Shown: positions 20,022 to 31,884, counted from the stretch's first letter. The stretch: DNA of 64,000 nt from Rhodospirillales bacterium (GCA_038143065.1 JAYQLI010000035.1:960001-1024000), one strand, 5' to 3'. The notes: generated by a model not told the origin, from the sequence alone. Translations and numbers: made by a program.

Positions 20022-20180
20022 ACGCTTATCCCGTCAGAGAGATTAGCCAACAAATGGCAGCCTAAAATTCGATCACGTTTTGCTGTCCGATTACCCAAGG
20101 TATTTTCCAATGGCAACGATGGCCGCAACACGTGCAATCAACTGTAATTAAGACCTATTGATCTTGAGATTCTTTTGAAT

Positions 20181-20780
20181 TTAAAAAACTGGTTTTGTCG
20201 CCTCCACGTCTTTATTCTCGTGCATGGCCTCAAACCATTTCGCAAGTCCGCTTCTTCCATCACGCCAGTTATCATCTGGAAGGCGCCAGTCTGCGTAGCC
20301 AAGGGCGCATACAACAGCAATTGCGCCGGCATCCAAACCAGCTGACTTACCACCAAGAGCTTTTTCCAAAGCATCATAACAACGATCAGCACGCTCAGCT
20401 TCCTTAGCTATGAGACTCGGGGAACGCTCATCTTCCGACAAACGATTTAACTGCTGAGACCGGATGAAGAGGCTATCCAACAAAAGAGAACCTATTCCTT
20501 CTACCTCCCGGGCTGCGTCTGCTGCGGCCGTATCAGAAGGAAATAATTTTCCGCCAGATTTTTCGTTTAGATAATTGGTAATTAGAAGCGTCTCGCAGAA
20601 ATAGGCACCTGTATCTGTTTCGAAGCCTGGTACCTTAACTCCTGGACCCCTACCCCGGAGGGGATTATCAACTGCATCTAATGGGGCAACATCTATTTCA
20701 TCTACAGCGAGCCCTGACACGCGAGCAGCCAAAACGGCACGGCGGGCATAGGGAGAATTACCGGTAAAAAAGACTTTCAT
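20181..20780 (-). CDS. Glutathione S-transferase family protein (YibF-like)
   Basis: SPYARR, NP...KVP, ET..I..YL and CALGYADWR. Confidence 0.85.
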   Translation of the reverse strand: MKVFFTGNSPYARRAVLAARVSGLAVDEIDVAPLDAVDNPLRGRGPGVKVPGFETDTGAYFCETLLITNYLNEKSGGKLFPSDTAAADAAREVEGIGSLLLDSLFIRSQQLNRLSEDERSPSLIAKEAERADRCYDALEKALGGKSAGLDAGAIAVVCALGYADWRLPDDNWRDGRSGLAKWFEAMHENKDVEATKPVF

Positions 20781-20931
20781 TGAATAGGAACCTCAAAGGA
20801 TATTGCAGGGACAAGATCGAGAGATTAACAACTTGACGCTAGACTTGGGAAGAGGATAGCAAGGTAATTTTATGCTCAGAAATCGATATTTTTCAGAGAG
20901 TACGTTGACGCACCATTGACACCCAAACGAT

Positions 20932-22098
20932 TTATCTCTTCGCAAAACTTCGTCCGATCAGTTGTTGGTGAACTTGGTTCGTACCTTCCCAAATTTGGGT
21001 GATCTTTGCGTCTCGAAATAATCTTTCAGCTGCATAATCTTCCACGTATCCATAACCACCATGAAGTTGAACGCACATATCTGCTGCTTTCATCGCGAGG
21101 TCAGACGCCCTCATTTTCAGCATGCTAGCTTCAACACCAACATCATTCACACCATTGTCCAGCATTTGAGATACATGAAATAGCCACCGCTCACACATCG
21201 CTAAATCTGTTGCAATATCTGCAAGCATGAATTGAATGCCTTGGAAGTCTACTATCCTTCGACCTGATTGACGACGTTCATTGATATAATCGACTGCTGC
21301 TTCAAAGGCTGCCCTTGCAATACCCAAAGCATGAGCCGCGACACTCGGCCTAGATTTGTTTAGTGCTGCAAAAAGGATCCCGAGGCCATCACCAGGGTTT
21401 TTGAGTAAATTCTCTCGAGGAACTAAAATACCATTAAAAGCAAGCTCTGCGGTTGATGCAGCTCGATGCCCAAGCTTTTCTTCCAGTCTTAATGTTTCAA
21501 GTCCTGGAGCTCCTTTTTCAATTACAAGAGCGGAAATAGCAGCCTTTGCGTCATCAATTTCGGACCATTTTCCAAATACCAAAAATACGTCGGCAACATC
21601 ACCATTAGAAATGAAGCGCTTTCCCCCCTCGATCCGGATCTTGTCTCCCTCTGGAATAAACTTTGTGCGCATTCCTGTTGCGTCTGATCCTGCATCAGGC
21701 TCTGTGATGCATAAAGCTGCTAGTCCGCCAGAAGCAATTTGAGGTAAGAACCGTTGTTTTTGGTCGTCAGAACCAAAATCTAACACTGGCTTAATCGCAT
21801 GAAAGACAGTTGACCAGATTATGCCAGTAGAAGCGCAGGCAGCAGCAATTAAACGAGCACACTCGATATAAACCTCATATCGCATGCCAGCACCGCCGTA
21901 GGCTTCTGGGATAAATAAGCCATTTAATCCAAGAGAATTTATGGCCTCGACGTTAGTCCATGGAAAAGTTTTTGTTTTGTCATACTCTGCAGCCCTTGGA
22001 GCTATTTCTTCCCGTGCCAACCTCGAAACTGATTCAATTACCGCTGCTTCATCTTCAGCCCAGTTATGACTAGCATCTAAACGTTCAAAAACTTTCAT
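20932..22098 (-). CDS. Acyl-CoA dehydrogenase
   Basis: IPEAYGG, ITEPDAGSDA, GGKRFISNG, LHGGYGY and RDAKITQIWEGTNQ. Confidence 0.95.
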   Translation of the reverse strand: MKVFERLDASHNWAEDEAAVIESVSRLAREEIAPRAAEYDKTKTFPWTNVEAINSLGLNGLFIPEAYGGAGMRYEVYIECARLIAAACASTGIIWSTVFHAIKPVLDFGSDDQKQRFLPQIASGGLAALCITEPDAGSDATGMRTKFIPEGDKIRIEGGKRFISNGDVADVFLVFGKWSEIDDAKAAISALVIEKGAPGLETLRLEEKLGHRAASTAELAFNGILVPRENLLKNPGDGLGILFAALNKSRPSVAAHALGIARAAFEAAVDYINERRQSGRRIVDFQGIQFMLADIATDLAMCERWLFHVSQMLDNGVNDVGVEASMLKMRASDLAMKAADMCVQLHGGYGYVEDYAAERLFRDAKITQIWEGTNQVHQQLIGRSFAKR

Positions 22099-22202
22099 TA
22101 AACCTGCTCCAACCGATCACTTTAACAATAAAACTATGCGCAGATATTGCCGAGCTCATTTTGCGGGCGACGATGTCGTCTGTAAAACTCGGAGCTTCAT
22201 TT

Positions 22203-24225
22203 ATGACAAACCTTATCAGTATTGAAATTCACGAACAGCAGCCTTTTGCTGAGGGGACAAGCTTTGGCGAAGTTGGAAGCTACGAATTACTTAAAGGAAG
22301 AGCTCACTTTAGAGTTGATCCACTAGCTCCAGCACAAGCCGATGTAGTTGACATAGATAAGGCTGACCGAGATGCCAATGGCTTCGTTAGATTTGCAACT
22401 GACTTTTCTATCTTTAAGCCTTTAGATCTAACGAGAGGAAATTCGGGATTACTTTTCGATACCGGCAATCGCGGGAATATGCGAGCGATACAGTATTATT
22501 GTGATGCGCCCCCCACGAATGACCCTCGGACCTTGGCTCATGCCGGAAATGGTTTTTTATTCCGACGAGGATATACCGTTGTAGCTGCTGCATGGCAGGG
22601 AGACCTCCTACCAGGGCAAGGGCGGATGCTGCTTGACCTTCCAGTGGCAAAAAATGGTGATAAACCAATTACCGGTAAGGTTCGGACCGAATTTATAGCC
22701 AGCAATGCTGGCATTTATTGCTTCCCTCTTTCAGGACGATCATCCACAAGATCACATCCTGCCATTTCATTAAATCAAGACCATGCCACGCTCACACGGC
22801 GCCAATATCAGACTGACAAACGCCAAATTGTTCCTAACAACCTTTGGAGTTTTGCCCGTGTCGATATAGGCGGAGGTCTTCACGCAACAGGTGCCGAGCA
22901 TGGATTTGCGCCAAGTCTAGAGCACATCTACCTACCAGGAGGCTTTGAGCCTGGATGGATCTATGAAATCGTCTATGAAGCTAGAGACCCCCTGGTAATG
23001 GGCCTCGGTCACGTAGCAATTCGCGACTTTGTAAGCTTCCTAAAATATGAGCAAAAAGACGAAGCCAATAAGCCCAACCCCTTAATTGGTGGAATTGAAA
23101 GAGCTTATGTGTACGGACGTTCCCAGACAGGCCGCTTAATTCGTGATTTTATTTGGCGTGGCTTCAACGAAGATGCATCGGGAAGAAAGGTATTTGACGG
23201 TGCTCTACCTCACGTATCTGGTGCAGGAGGAAAATGGCTTAACCAACGCTTCGCTAATGCAGTTGTAGCTGGCGGACAGCAGCATGAAGACCACTATTGT
23301 CCAGCAGACCGTTTCCCATTCGCCTATTCTGAGACAACCGATCACAACACTGGGAAAACCGACGCTATTCTAAAGCGACCTAGCACCGACCCATTTATAA
23401 TTCATACGCAAACTGCCACAGAGTACTGGCAGAGACGAGGAAGCTTAGTCCATACCGACACATTAGGTAATGATCTAGCTATCCCTGAAAAGGTAAGAGT
23501 CTACGCTTGGGCATCAACCCAACATACGTCTGATCCAAACTTGATACAGCCGCAAACAAGTGACGGGGTAAATTATCTCAATGTTGCCCAAACATCGATG
23601 CTTTTTCGAGCGTTGCTAGATGCGATGGATGCATGGGTCAGGAATAGCACTCCACCACCTCCTTCAGCTATCCCTTCAAGAGCAGAAGGAACACTCATCG
23701 AATACGAAGAGTGGAAAACGCAATTTCCAGCCATCCCAGGCCAGTTAATTCCAAATAGTGCAAACCAACTACCACTAATGGATTTTGGACCAAATGAGTT
23801 AAAGGGAATCCCTAGAGAGAGAGCCTCCAACGGTCATTAGTGAAGCCGCCTATAAAGTTCTTGTTCCCGCTGTCGATGAAGATGGAAATGAAGTGGCAGG
23901 AGTACGTTGTCCAATGGTTCAAGCTCCATTGGGCACATATACAGGCTGGAATGTTAGGAAACGAGGAATAGGCGGCGGAGCCATGCATGAATTTTCTGGA
24001 AGCTATATCCCGTTACCAGAGACCCCAGAAATTCGATCAGCAACCGGTGATCCTCGACAGTCGATCTTAAATCGATACAAAGACGTTAACGGCTACATCG
24101 AAGCAATTGAAACTGCCGCGAGAAGTCTCGTAGAAGCCGGATTTATGTTAGAAGAAGATGTTACTCGTTGCATTGCAAGGGCAAAAAATTGGAGCACCCC
24201 ATTGCACGATATCAAAGGACTTTGA
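22203..24225 (+). CDS. Large alpha/beta-hydrolase-domain protein (Abhydrolase_10-like; frameshift in a GA repeat near 23815)
   Basis: NRGN, GYTVV..WQGD, GRSQTGR nucleophile elbow, EYWQRRGSL, VDEDGNE.AG and PLGTYTGWN; no signal peptide. Confidence 0.8.
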
Positions 24226-24275
24226 AGATATCCGTTCATATGTCATTTTGTTAAAACTTCTTGGGAGAAATCTTA

Positions 24276-24545
24276 ATGAATCTTGAAGAATTTAAGGAAT
24301 CTCTGGCGCGTGATGGCTTCGAAATGCGGGAAGCTGAAATGGCACCTGGAATAATCAATGAAGAACATTCACATCCTTTTGATGCGCGATTGTATGTTCT
24401 CTCTGGCCTGTTAACTGTCGAATACGAAGGCAAAACCAGCACTTGTGGGCCAGGTGATACCTTTTCGCTTTCTGCCAATATCCCTCATATAGAGCGGGTG
24501 GGCGAAGAAGGTGTTACCTACTTAGCTGGCCGCCGCCCAGCCTAA
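24276..24545 (+). CDS. Small cupin domain protein
   Basis: HSHPFDAR..V.SG and GDTF....PH.E cupin motifs. Confidence 0.85.
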   Translation: MNLEEFKESLARDGFEMREAEMAPGIINEEHSHPFDARLYVLSGLLTVEYEGKTSTCGPGDTFSLSANIPHIERVGEEGVTYLAGRRPA

Positions 24546-24551
24546 ATTCAA

Positions 24552-25729
24552 ATGCAGAAAGTCCATACCTCAGCGTCTCCAAAAGAGCGAGCTGCCGCCT
24601 TAATTCCAATACTAGACGCAGCAGCACCTCGCATAGAAGCTGAGCGCAAAATGCCATCAGATGTCCTGGCAGCAATGCATGACGCGGGAATTTTTCGAGT
24701 TCTTCTCCCCAAGTCTGTCGGTGGTGACGAGGCAGATCTCGTAACTTTTGCCGAAACCATTGAAACATTAGCACAGGGCGATGCGAGTGCAGCCTGGGTC
24801 TCTGGGCAAGGAGGCGGATGTGCCCTTTCTGCAGCATTTCTCAAACCACAAGCACGAAAAAAATGGTTTGGGCCCAAAAATGCCGTTTTAGCCTGGGGGG
24901 CAGGCATCCAGGGTAAAGCAGTAAAGGTTGATGGCGGTTATCGTGTTTCTGGCCGGTGGATGTTTAATAGTGGGAGCAGACACGCCACCATTCTGGGGGG
25001 CACTCATTTGTAGTAGATAACTCAGGAGCTCCAATCCTAAGGGCAAACGGCAGTAAACTTGACCGCACCGTTTTGATCCGTCGTGATCAGGCAAAAATAG
25101 ATGATAACTGGCATGTGATGGGACTCTCTGGAACTGGCAGTGACACTTTTGAAATTGAAGATTTATTTGTTGCTGAAGAAGATACAATTGACCGTGAAAA
25201 CCTTGATGAGCTTCAAGAAAACGCCTCAATTTACCTCTTCCCAGGTACAGTTGTTTATGGCGTAGGGTTTTCTGCACTACAACTTGGCATAGCCCGAAGA
25301 ATGCTAACGGAACTCCGCTCTCTGGCTATGACAAAAACTCCAAGAGGAGTTGCCGTATCACTGCGTGAGAATCCAGTATTTCAGCAATTATTATCGCGGC
25401 TAGAAGCTCGGCTTCGATCAGCCCGCGCCTATCTAATGAGTGAGGCCCTATCAGCTCAAGATGCAGTATCAGCTCGAGGAGCAGTTACACTTGATGAACG
25501 TGCCAGACTAAAACTTGCGTCAGTACATTGTATTCATGAAGGTGTGGATATCGTTCACGAGGCTTATCGAGCCGCTGGATCAACTGCAATTTTCAAGTCG
25601 GGACCATTCGAGAGAAGGCTACGTGATGCCTTATCTGCATCTCAACAGACACAAGCTAGAGCCGAAAATTTCGTAAACCTTGGCCGTATCCTGTTAGACT
25701 TAGACCCCGGAAATACTGCTTTTCTCTGA
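24552..25729 (+). CDS. Acyl-CoA dehydrogenase-fold flavin-dependent monooxygenase oxygenase (HsaA/IacA-like; frameshift in a G-run near 24997)
   Basis: AQGDASAAW, GGYRVSGRW.FNSGSRHA, W.VMGLSGTGS, AGSTAI and ERRLRD. Confidence 0.85.
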
Positions 25730-25740
25730 TGAGCAATCTT

Positions 25741-26238
25741 ATGAGACCAAATAAATTCATGAAGCACGCCTTGGACCTTGCCTCCAAGGCAAAAGATGAA
25801 CTCGGCACGTTACCCTATGCGGCAGTAGTTGTTCTGAAAGAAAACATTGTTGGAGAGGGGTATCAATCAAGCACCTCGATTATTTGACCCAACTTCCCAT
25901 GGTGAAGTTGAGGCAATAAAAGATGCTTGCAGGCGCCTCCAGACTACAGATTTATCTGGAGCCATTATCTATACCACCGCAGAACCATGCTCCATGTGCG
26001 TATCAACTATGATCCTCACGAATATTTCCAAACTCGTTTACGCGGCAGACTGGCAAGACTCAAACGACTTCATGGCTGCAATGGCAGCGGATCAACCAAG
26101 TCTCAAACGTCGCTACAATGTAATTCAATTAAGAGAGCAGGTGGCGTTACCCCAGAAAAGCGCGATATGCTTGTTGAGCGTATGGGTGCACAAGAAGCTA
26201 TTTCGATCTTCAAATCTTTCGCAAATTCGCGCAAATAA
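25741..26238 (+). CDS. Zn-dependent nucleoside/nucleobase deaminase (GuaD/TadA fold; frameshifts near 25858 and 26150)
   Basis: FMKHALDLA..PYAAVVV, DPTSHGEVEAI and EPCSMC. Confidence 0.88.
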
Positions 26239-27018
26239 TCAGGGTGTAATCGCTGCACCTCCATCAATACTCAATACTTGGCCAGTCATGTACGCTCCAG
26301 CCTTTGATGATAGAAAAAGCGCAGCGCCAGCAATCTCATCAGGATGCCCAAAACGGCGGAGCGGCAGTTTATTATTCATTTGATCTAGCCGAACTGGGTC
26401 CGTCCAAAGTGCTTTCGCAAAATCTGTTTTTATAACACCTGGTGCGATAGCGTTTACCCGTACTCCTTTTGCGCCATACTCGAGAGCAAAATTGCGGGCC
26501 ATTTGATGTTCCGCAACCTTGGACACGGCATAGGCAAAAAGCTCAACTGAACCCTGCAAGCCTGCAATTGAAGCAATGATGGTTACCGAACCCTTGCCGC
26601 GTTCAGCCATACCGGGAATGACCATATTACAGAGCCAAAAGGTTGAACGAACATTAGTCTCCATAACCTTATCCCAGGCGGAATCCGGCATGTCTTTAGA
26701 TGGTCCATAATACGGATTAACGGCAGCATTTGGGACCAATATATCGATGGGACCGAGTTCTTGCTCTGTTTGCGATACTAGAGACTGAAGTTGCTCTTTA
26801 TGACCGACATGGCACGGTATCGCTATCGCCTTACCACCTCGATCTGCATAGTCCCTATTAATTTCCTCAGCTACAGCATCACAGACATCAGATTTACGAC
26901 TGGACACTACAACTTTGGCACCATACTGCGCCATTCGCGCCGCAATTGCCTTACCAATTCCCTTAGTTGAGCCGGTTATAAGAGCTGTCTGACCTGAGAG
27001 GTCAAATAAATCGTCCAT
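26239..27018 (-). CDS. Short-chain dehydrogenase/reductase (DHRS4-like)
   Basis: TGSTKGIG, NAAVNPYYG, YAVSK and RVNAIAPG. Confidence 0.94.
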   Translation of the reverse strand: MDDLFDLSGQTALITGSTKGIGKAIAARMAQYGAKVVVSSRKSDVCDAVAEEINRDYADRGGKAIAIPCHVGHKEQLQSLVSQTEQELGPIDILVPNAAVNPYYGPSKDMPDSAWDKVMETNVRSTFWLCNMVIPGMAERGKGSVTIIASIAGLQGSVELFAYAVSKVAEHQMARNFALEYGAKGVRVNAIAPGVIKTDFAKALWTDPVRLDQMNNKLPLRRFGHPDEIAGAALFLSSKAGAYMTGQVLSIDGGAAITP

Positions 27019-27064
27019 CAGTTATCTCCTTAGCAAGTAAGGTAATTACAAGCTCTCATGCAAA

Positions 27065-27913
27065 TTAGTCTCGTGAGACTACTTTTTGGGTTTGTTCTCC
27101 TAGGCCTTCGATTCCAAGACGCATTTCATCACCTACTTGGAGAAATTGTGGTGGGTTCATACCAGCACCTACCCCTGGAGGTGTTCCCGTCATGATCACA
27201 TCGCCAGGCAAAAGCGTCATATATTCAGATACGAAGCTAACGATTTTCTTAATTCCAAAGATTAATGTGGACGTAGTACCGTCTTGCACACGTTTACCGT
27301 TAACCTCTAGCCAGATTGAGAGATTTTCAGGATTTGGGACCTCATCTTTAGTTACCAGCCAAGGTCCAACTGGAGCAAAATTGTCTCCAGACTTTCCTTT
27401 TGTCCACTGACCTCCTGGCCGTTCAGTTTGGAATTCGCGCTCAGAAACATCATTGCCCACGGCGTAACCAGCTACATGCTGCATAGCATGCTCTTCTGAT
27501 ACGAAGGATGCCTCAGTCCCAATAAAGATCACCAGCTCAACTTCCCAATCAAGTTTAGTTGAGTGAGGAGGCTTGATCACCGGGCCACTTGGGCCGGTAT
27601 AAGCTGTTGAGGATTTGAGGAAAATAATTGGCTCAGAAGGAGGTTCCATTCCAACTTCAGCCGCATGATCCGAATAATTCAAACCAATGCAGACCACCTT
27701 TGAAGGGTCTGCCACAGGTGCTGCTAATGCAGGTTCGCCTTTAACCCTAGGCAAGCTCTCAGGATCAATTGCTGCAAGTAAAGTCAGCCCCTCTGGAGAG
27801 ATAGCCTCAGAGTCAATATCAGGAACGACACCGCCCAAGTCGCGAATGGATCCAGAAGAATCAATAATACCAGGGCGAATTTCATCGCCAGCTACGTAAC
27901 GAAGCAATTTCAT
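27065..27913 (-). CDS. Fumarylacetoacetate hydrolase family protein
   Basis: CIGLNYSDHA, DWEVEL, NDVSER, WTKGKS and PGDVIMTGTPPGVG. Confidence 0.95.
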   Translation of the reverse strand: MKLLRYVAGDEIRPGIIDSSGSIRDLGGVVPDIDSEAISPEGLTLLAAIDPESLPRVKGEPALAAPVADPSKVVCIGLNYSDHAAEVGMEPPSEPIIFLKSSTAYTGPSGPVIKPPHSTKLDWEVELVIFIGTEASFVSEEHAMQHVAGYAVGNDVSEREFQTERPGGQWTKGKSGDNFAPVGPWLVTKDEVPNPENLSIWLEVNGKRVQDGTTSTLIFGIKKIVSFVSEYMTLLPGDVIMTGTPPGVGAGMNPPQFLQVGDEMRLGIEGLGEQTQKVVSRD

Positions 27914-27943
27914 TTCACCAAATCCTTACTCGGCTTGAACCGT

Positions 27944-29131
27944 TTATTGTGCACCGCGACCGGCAATACCACTGACCACTAAATCGGAAATATCGTTCTC
28001 ATTGAGCCCCCAATTGCTCAAGATTTCATCTGTATGCTGGCCTATTGAAGGAGCTTCATCCAAGTCGCCCCCACCCTCAATTTTACGAAACCCAGGAATG
28101 TTGCACATGGGAAGATCTCCCTCCATTCCTTGATGAGCGATCCAAGAAATTGAATTCACTTCTTTGACATGCTCATCTTCCATAAAATCATCATATGTGG
28201 AAACAGGAGCATTCATCACTCCAGCTTCGGTGAGAGCTGCAGCCCATTCTTCGGTTGTTTTTTTCAAAAACTCCGCGCGCACCATCGGCATTAGAACCTT
28301 TTCTTGATCAATTCGTTTTTCACGACTGTCAAAGCGAGGATCTGTTGCCCACTCCTCCTTATCGAGAACTTTACAAAGCCCAACGTAATGGTGCTCGCGC
28401 ATGGCAGTTACGTTAATATATCCATTAGAAGTCTTCATCGTACCGACAGGCACGTACAAAACCTGAGGCTGGCCACCCTCCAGATAATGTTCCATAACTT
28501 TTGCCGCCTGAAATGCAGCTGCTGATTGCATTAAAGAGCAATCAATATATGCCCCTTCCCAAAACGAACCTTTCGCATTAGGGCGGAAGAGATGGCCTGG
28601 AATGCGTATAAACCGGTCATTACATCAACTGCAATCATTCCTATACGTTGAGGGTTCCTTCTTCATCTCGGTTAATAGACATCCAACCGGAGAATGCTTG
28701 GATAACAGAATCAGTAACGGGTAGCTTGTTGTAAGGGCCCTGCTGACCGAACCCTGTGACTGATAGATAGATCACATTAGGATTGACCTTTTTAACGTCA
28801 TCATAAGAAAGTCCGAAACGTCCCATTACCCCTGGTCTGAAACTCTCAACTATTACATCAGCTTCAGCGGCAGCCTTCTGAACTAATTCCTGCGCCTTTT
28901 TTCCTTCATATTCAGTGAAACAGAGCGTTTACCTCTATTAAAGATAATCGCATGAGCACAAGTATCACCATACATCTTACCTAGCGTGCGGCCCCAATCG
29001 CCGTCGAGCGGCTCTACTTTAGTGACCTCTGCTCCTTGTTGCGCTAACAACATAGTAGAGTGAGGTCCCGCTACGCCTTGAGTCATATCCAAAACTTTAA
29101 AACCTTCGAAAGGCAAACGCTGGGCACTCAT
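27944..29131 (-). CDS. Family III CoA-transferase (CaiB/BaiF; frameshifts near 28900, 28650 and 28552)
   Basis: VLDMTQGVAGP, KVEPLDGD, NRGKRS, SVTGFGQQGP, catalytic-region AVDVMTG and APSIGQHT. Confidence 0.9.
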
Positions 29132-29291
29132 TGGCGATATTTCCTCCAAATTAATTCTTGTCTTTTAACCAAACCGATTTAATCGCGCGCCACAATCCCC
29201 GTCAATCTCGAAGCTCTAAACTAACCTTTCGCAATGGAATTTATTTTGTGTTACATACTCAAAATCTCGTGAGGGTAGGAACCTTAGATAG

Positions 29292-29713
29292 ATGATCCGT
29301 TATACATTGATTTGCGACAAGGACCATGATTTTGAGGATGGTTCCCAGGAATAGAGGCATGCGATAAGCAGCTTTCAGCGGGGCTCGTAAGCTGCCCAGA
29401 CTGCAACTCAACAAAAGTTCGCAAGGCCCTCATGGCACCAGCAGTTGCTACTAAAAAACAAGATTCAGCAATGGATAAACGCCAGGTAGCAATGGCGGCT
29501 CAACAAGCCGTGATGGCCAAGCTGAGGGAGCATGTGGAAAATAATTTTGAACACGTGGGCGATCAGTTTCCAGAAGAAGCTCGCAGAATACATTATGGTG
29601 AAACTGAGAAACGGGACATTTATGGGGAGGCTTCAGTTGAAGAGGCACGCGAACTTGTTGAGGAAGGAGTGGAAATAGCACCGCTGCCAGGCCCTACTAG
29701 AACTGATGCATAA
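29292..29713 (+). CDS. DUF1178 family protein (frameshift near 29337)
   Basis: MIRYTLICDKDHDFE/WF, CPDC, KALMAP, VGDQFPEEARRIHYGE and IYGEAS. Confidence 0.9.
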
Positions 29714-29773
29714 AGCTAAATCGCATGGACCGTAACTAGGATACATCCCCCAAACAGTGGTTGGCCCAAGAGC

Positions 29774-30010
29774 TTACCCTGTGTGAAAAGAAATTAAGTC
29801 TGCCATAACCACATAGCAGATGCCCAAAGTTATAATTAACCCACCAACTGTTGCATATATAGCTTTCCTCCCGATGCGAGGTCTCAACGGAGCGCCTCCA
29901 TCATGACCAGATTGTGGATTTTCTGTTCTTGAAACTCCAAAAGGTAAAGCTAAGAAAAAACAGAACCACCAAGACAAAACAAAAACGACAACTATCGAGG
30001 CTATCGACAT
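29774..30010 (-). CDS. DUF1467 family membrane protein
   Basis: WW..FF..LPFGV and GHDGGAP..P motifs. Confidence 0.85.
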   Translation of the reverse strand: MSIASIVVVFVLSWWFCFFLALPFGVSRTENPQSGHDGGAPLRPRIGRKAIYATVGGLIITLGICYVVMADLISFHTG

Positions 30011-30127
30011 ATTCAATCCGCCCACACGTTAAAAGACTCTATTATCGATAAATGCTCTTCGCACTTCAGCGGTCAATACCTCAGAAACACAACGAATTAG
30101 TGGAGGAAACAAAAAGCACGGGAATAT

Positions 30128-30991
30128 CTATCTCTTCCTCTCAGTTGCAGCTATCACACTCATCGCAACTACTATAATTGCGCTTCCTCCTATTGTAGGA
30201 CCGTCCGGAAGCTCGAAATAGAGAAGATATCCAAGAACCGCCGCGAATGGGAGGCGAAGATAGTCAAACGGCATAACCAAGCTTGCATCACCCGCCCCTA
30301 GCGCACGGGTTAAGCACATATGGGCAGACAGTCCTGATAAAGCCAATAATGCTACCCATGGAAGCTCTTGAATTGGTGGATCAACCCAAAAATACATCGC
30401 AGGACCTGCCGAAAGGATGGTTAAGCTGGCATTTTGAATAAAAACTAAACGATTTGCCGGTTCCGTGTCTGACATCCATTTCACAAATGTATTTGAAAGT
30501 GCGTAAAAAATACTTGCTCCTAGCAGCATCAATGTCGCGGTATTGATCGGAATTACTCCTGGCCTAACGATCACCAGCATACCTATGAAACCAATACCTG
30601 TCGCAATCCATCTTATAACTCTTGGCTTGTCGCCAAGCAGCAACGATGCCAGTAGAATAGTAAAGAGTGGATACGTAGATTGAATGGCTACGGCATCTGC
30701 AAGCGTAGAAAGGCCTACAGCATGAAACCACAGCATCATCGCAGTGAAAGTAGCTAGGCAGCGCCCAGAATGACCAAATATACGCTTTGTCTTAAGGGCA
30801 CCCAAACCGGTTTTCGCTAACCATGGCAATAATAATAAAACTGAAAACGCTGCACGAAAAAATAAGATTTCAGCTGTTGGCAAACTGTCAGAAAGTTCGC
30901 GTACGGCTACCACTAATGCAGTGAATGAAATAGCCGCCCCAATCATCCAAAGAACAGCGACCATATTTCGTGATTTATAAAGCGAAGTCAT
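30128..30991 (-). CDS. DMT/EamA family transporter
   Basis: About 10 hydrophobic segments; EILFFR, GFIGMLVIVRPG and PFDYLRL. Confidence 0.92.
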   Translation of the reverse strand: MTSLYKSRNMVAVLWMIGAAISFTALVVAVRELSDSLPTAEILFFRAAFSVLLLLPWLAKTGLGALKTKRIFGHSGRCLATFTAMMLWFHAVGLSTLADAVAIQSTYPLFTILLASLLLGDKPRVIRWIATGIGFIGMLVIVRPGVIPINTATLMLLGASIFYALSNTFVKWMSDTEPANRLVFIQNASLTILSAGPAMYFWVDPPIQELPWVALLALSGLSAHMCLTRALGAGDASLVMPFDYLRLPFAAVLGYLLYFELPDGPTIGGSAIIVVAMSVIAATERKR

Positions 30992-31884
30992 CTTAGGGAA
31001 TTGGCGAATTGCAATATTTCCGAAGCTGCTAAATCTGGGACTTCAACATGGGGAAAATGTCCTGCATCCTCGGCAAAATCAACTGTAAAGTCTGCAAAAA
31101 CATGATCGAGTACTTCTGACCAACTAGATTTACAAATAGGATCATGTCGTCCCCACAGCACACGAGTTTTATGCGGTATCAACTGACGATCTTCTTCAAC
31201 TTCACCAGCTAATGCTCGTAGCCTTCTAGAGTTGTAGCTCCGATACCAACTAAAACCACCGATCAAGGCGCCTTCCGAACTGAAATTTTCAACCCAACTA
31301 TTCAGAGCCGGAGCAAATACATCTTTTTTGTAGCTCCAATGCTGCAGAAAATACTCGAAATAAAGACGGATTGTATCCTCACTATAACCAACTAGCCTCT
31401 CAGCAAGACAAGTCTGATGGAATGACTGGTACCAAATTTCGTTAATTTGAGAATTCTGAATCCACCGGCTTCCAACAGCTGAATTTGGACAATCAAAGAA
31501 AAATAATCCTCGGAAAATATTGGGATTACTCAAAGCAAGACGTTGGCTTACAAACGCTCCAACATCATGCGAAACAATTATTGGGGGCTCCGAGGTACAA
31601 AGGGGGATTAACTTAGCTAAATCATCTGCATGAAAGTCCCCATCAAGATCATCTCGCAACGCTTCTGGTTTATCACTACGTCCAAAACCATAAAAATCAG
31701 GAGCAATTAATCTAAATTTAGACCTTAATCTATGCATCAATGGGAGCCATGTTGCCCAAAATTCAGGCCACCCATGCAACAATAACAATGGAGGGCCATC
31801 GCCAATACTAGCAACATGCAGCCTATGGCCATTTACTTGTACAAAATGATGTTCAAGACCAGATGGTTCCTTAAAGTCAGTCAT
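30988..31884 (-). CDS. Alpha/beta hydrolase (epoxide hydrolase / haloacetate dehalogenase-like)
   Basis: LLHGWPE, APDFYGFGRSD, SHDVGA (Asp nucleophile) and AGHFPHVE. Confidence 0.9.
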   Translation of the reverse strand: MTDFKEPSGLEHHFVQVNGHRLHVASIGDGPPLLLLHGWPEFWATWLPLMHRLRSKFRLIAPDFYGFGRSDKPEALRDDLDGDFHADDLAKLIPLCTSEPPIIVSHDVGAFVSQRLALSNPNIFRGLFFFDCPNSAVGSRWIQNSQINEIWYQSFHQTCLAERLVGYSEDTIRLYFEYFLQHWSYKKDVFAPALNSWVENFSSEGALIGGFSWYRSYNSRRLRALAGEVEEDRQLIPHKTRVLWGRHDPICKSSWSEVLDHVFADFTVDFAEDAGHFPHVEVPDLAASEILQFANSLR

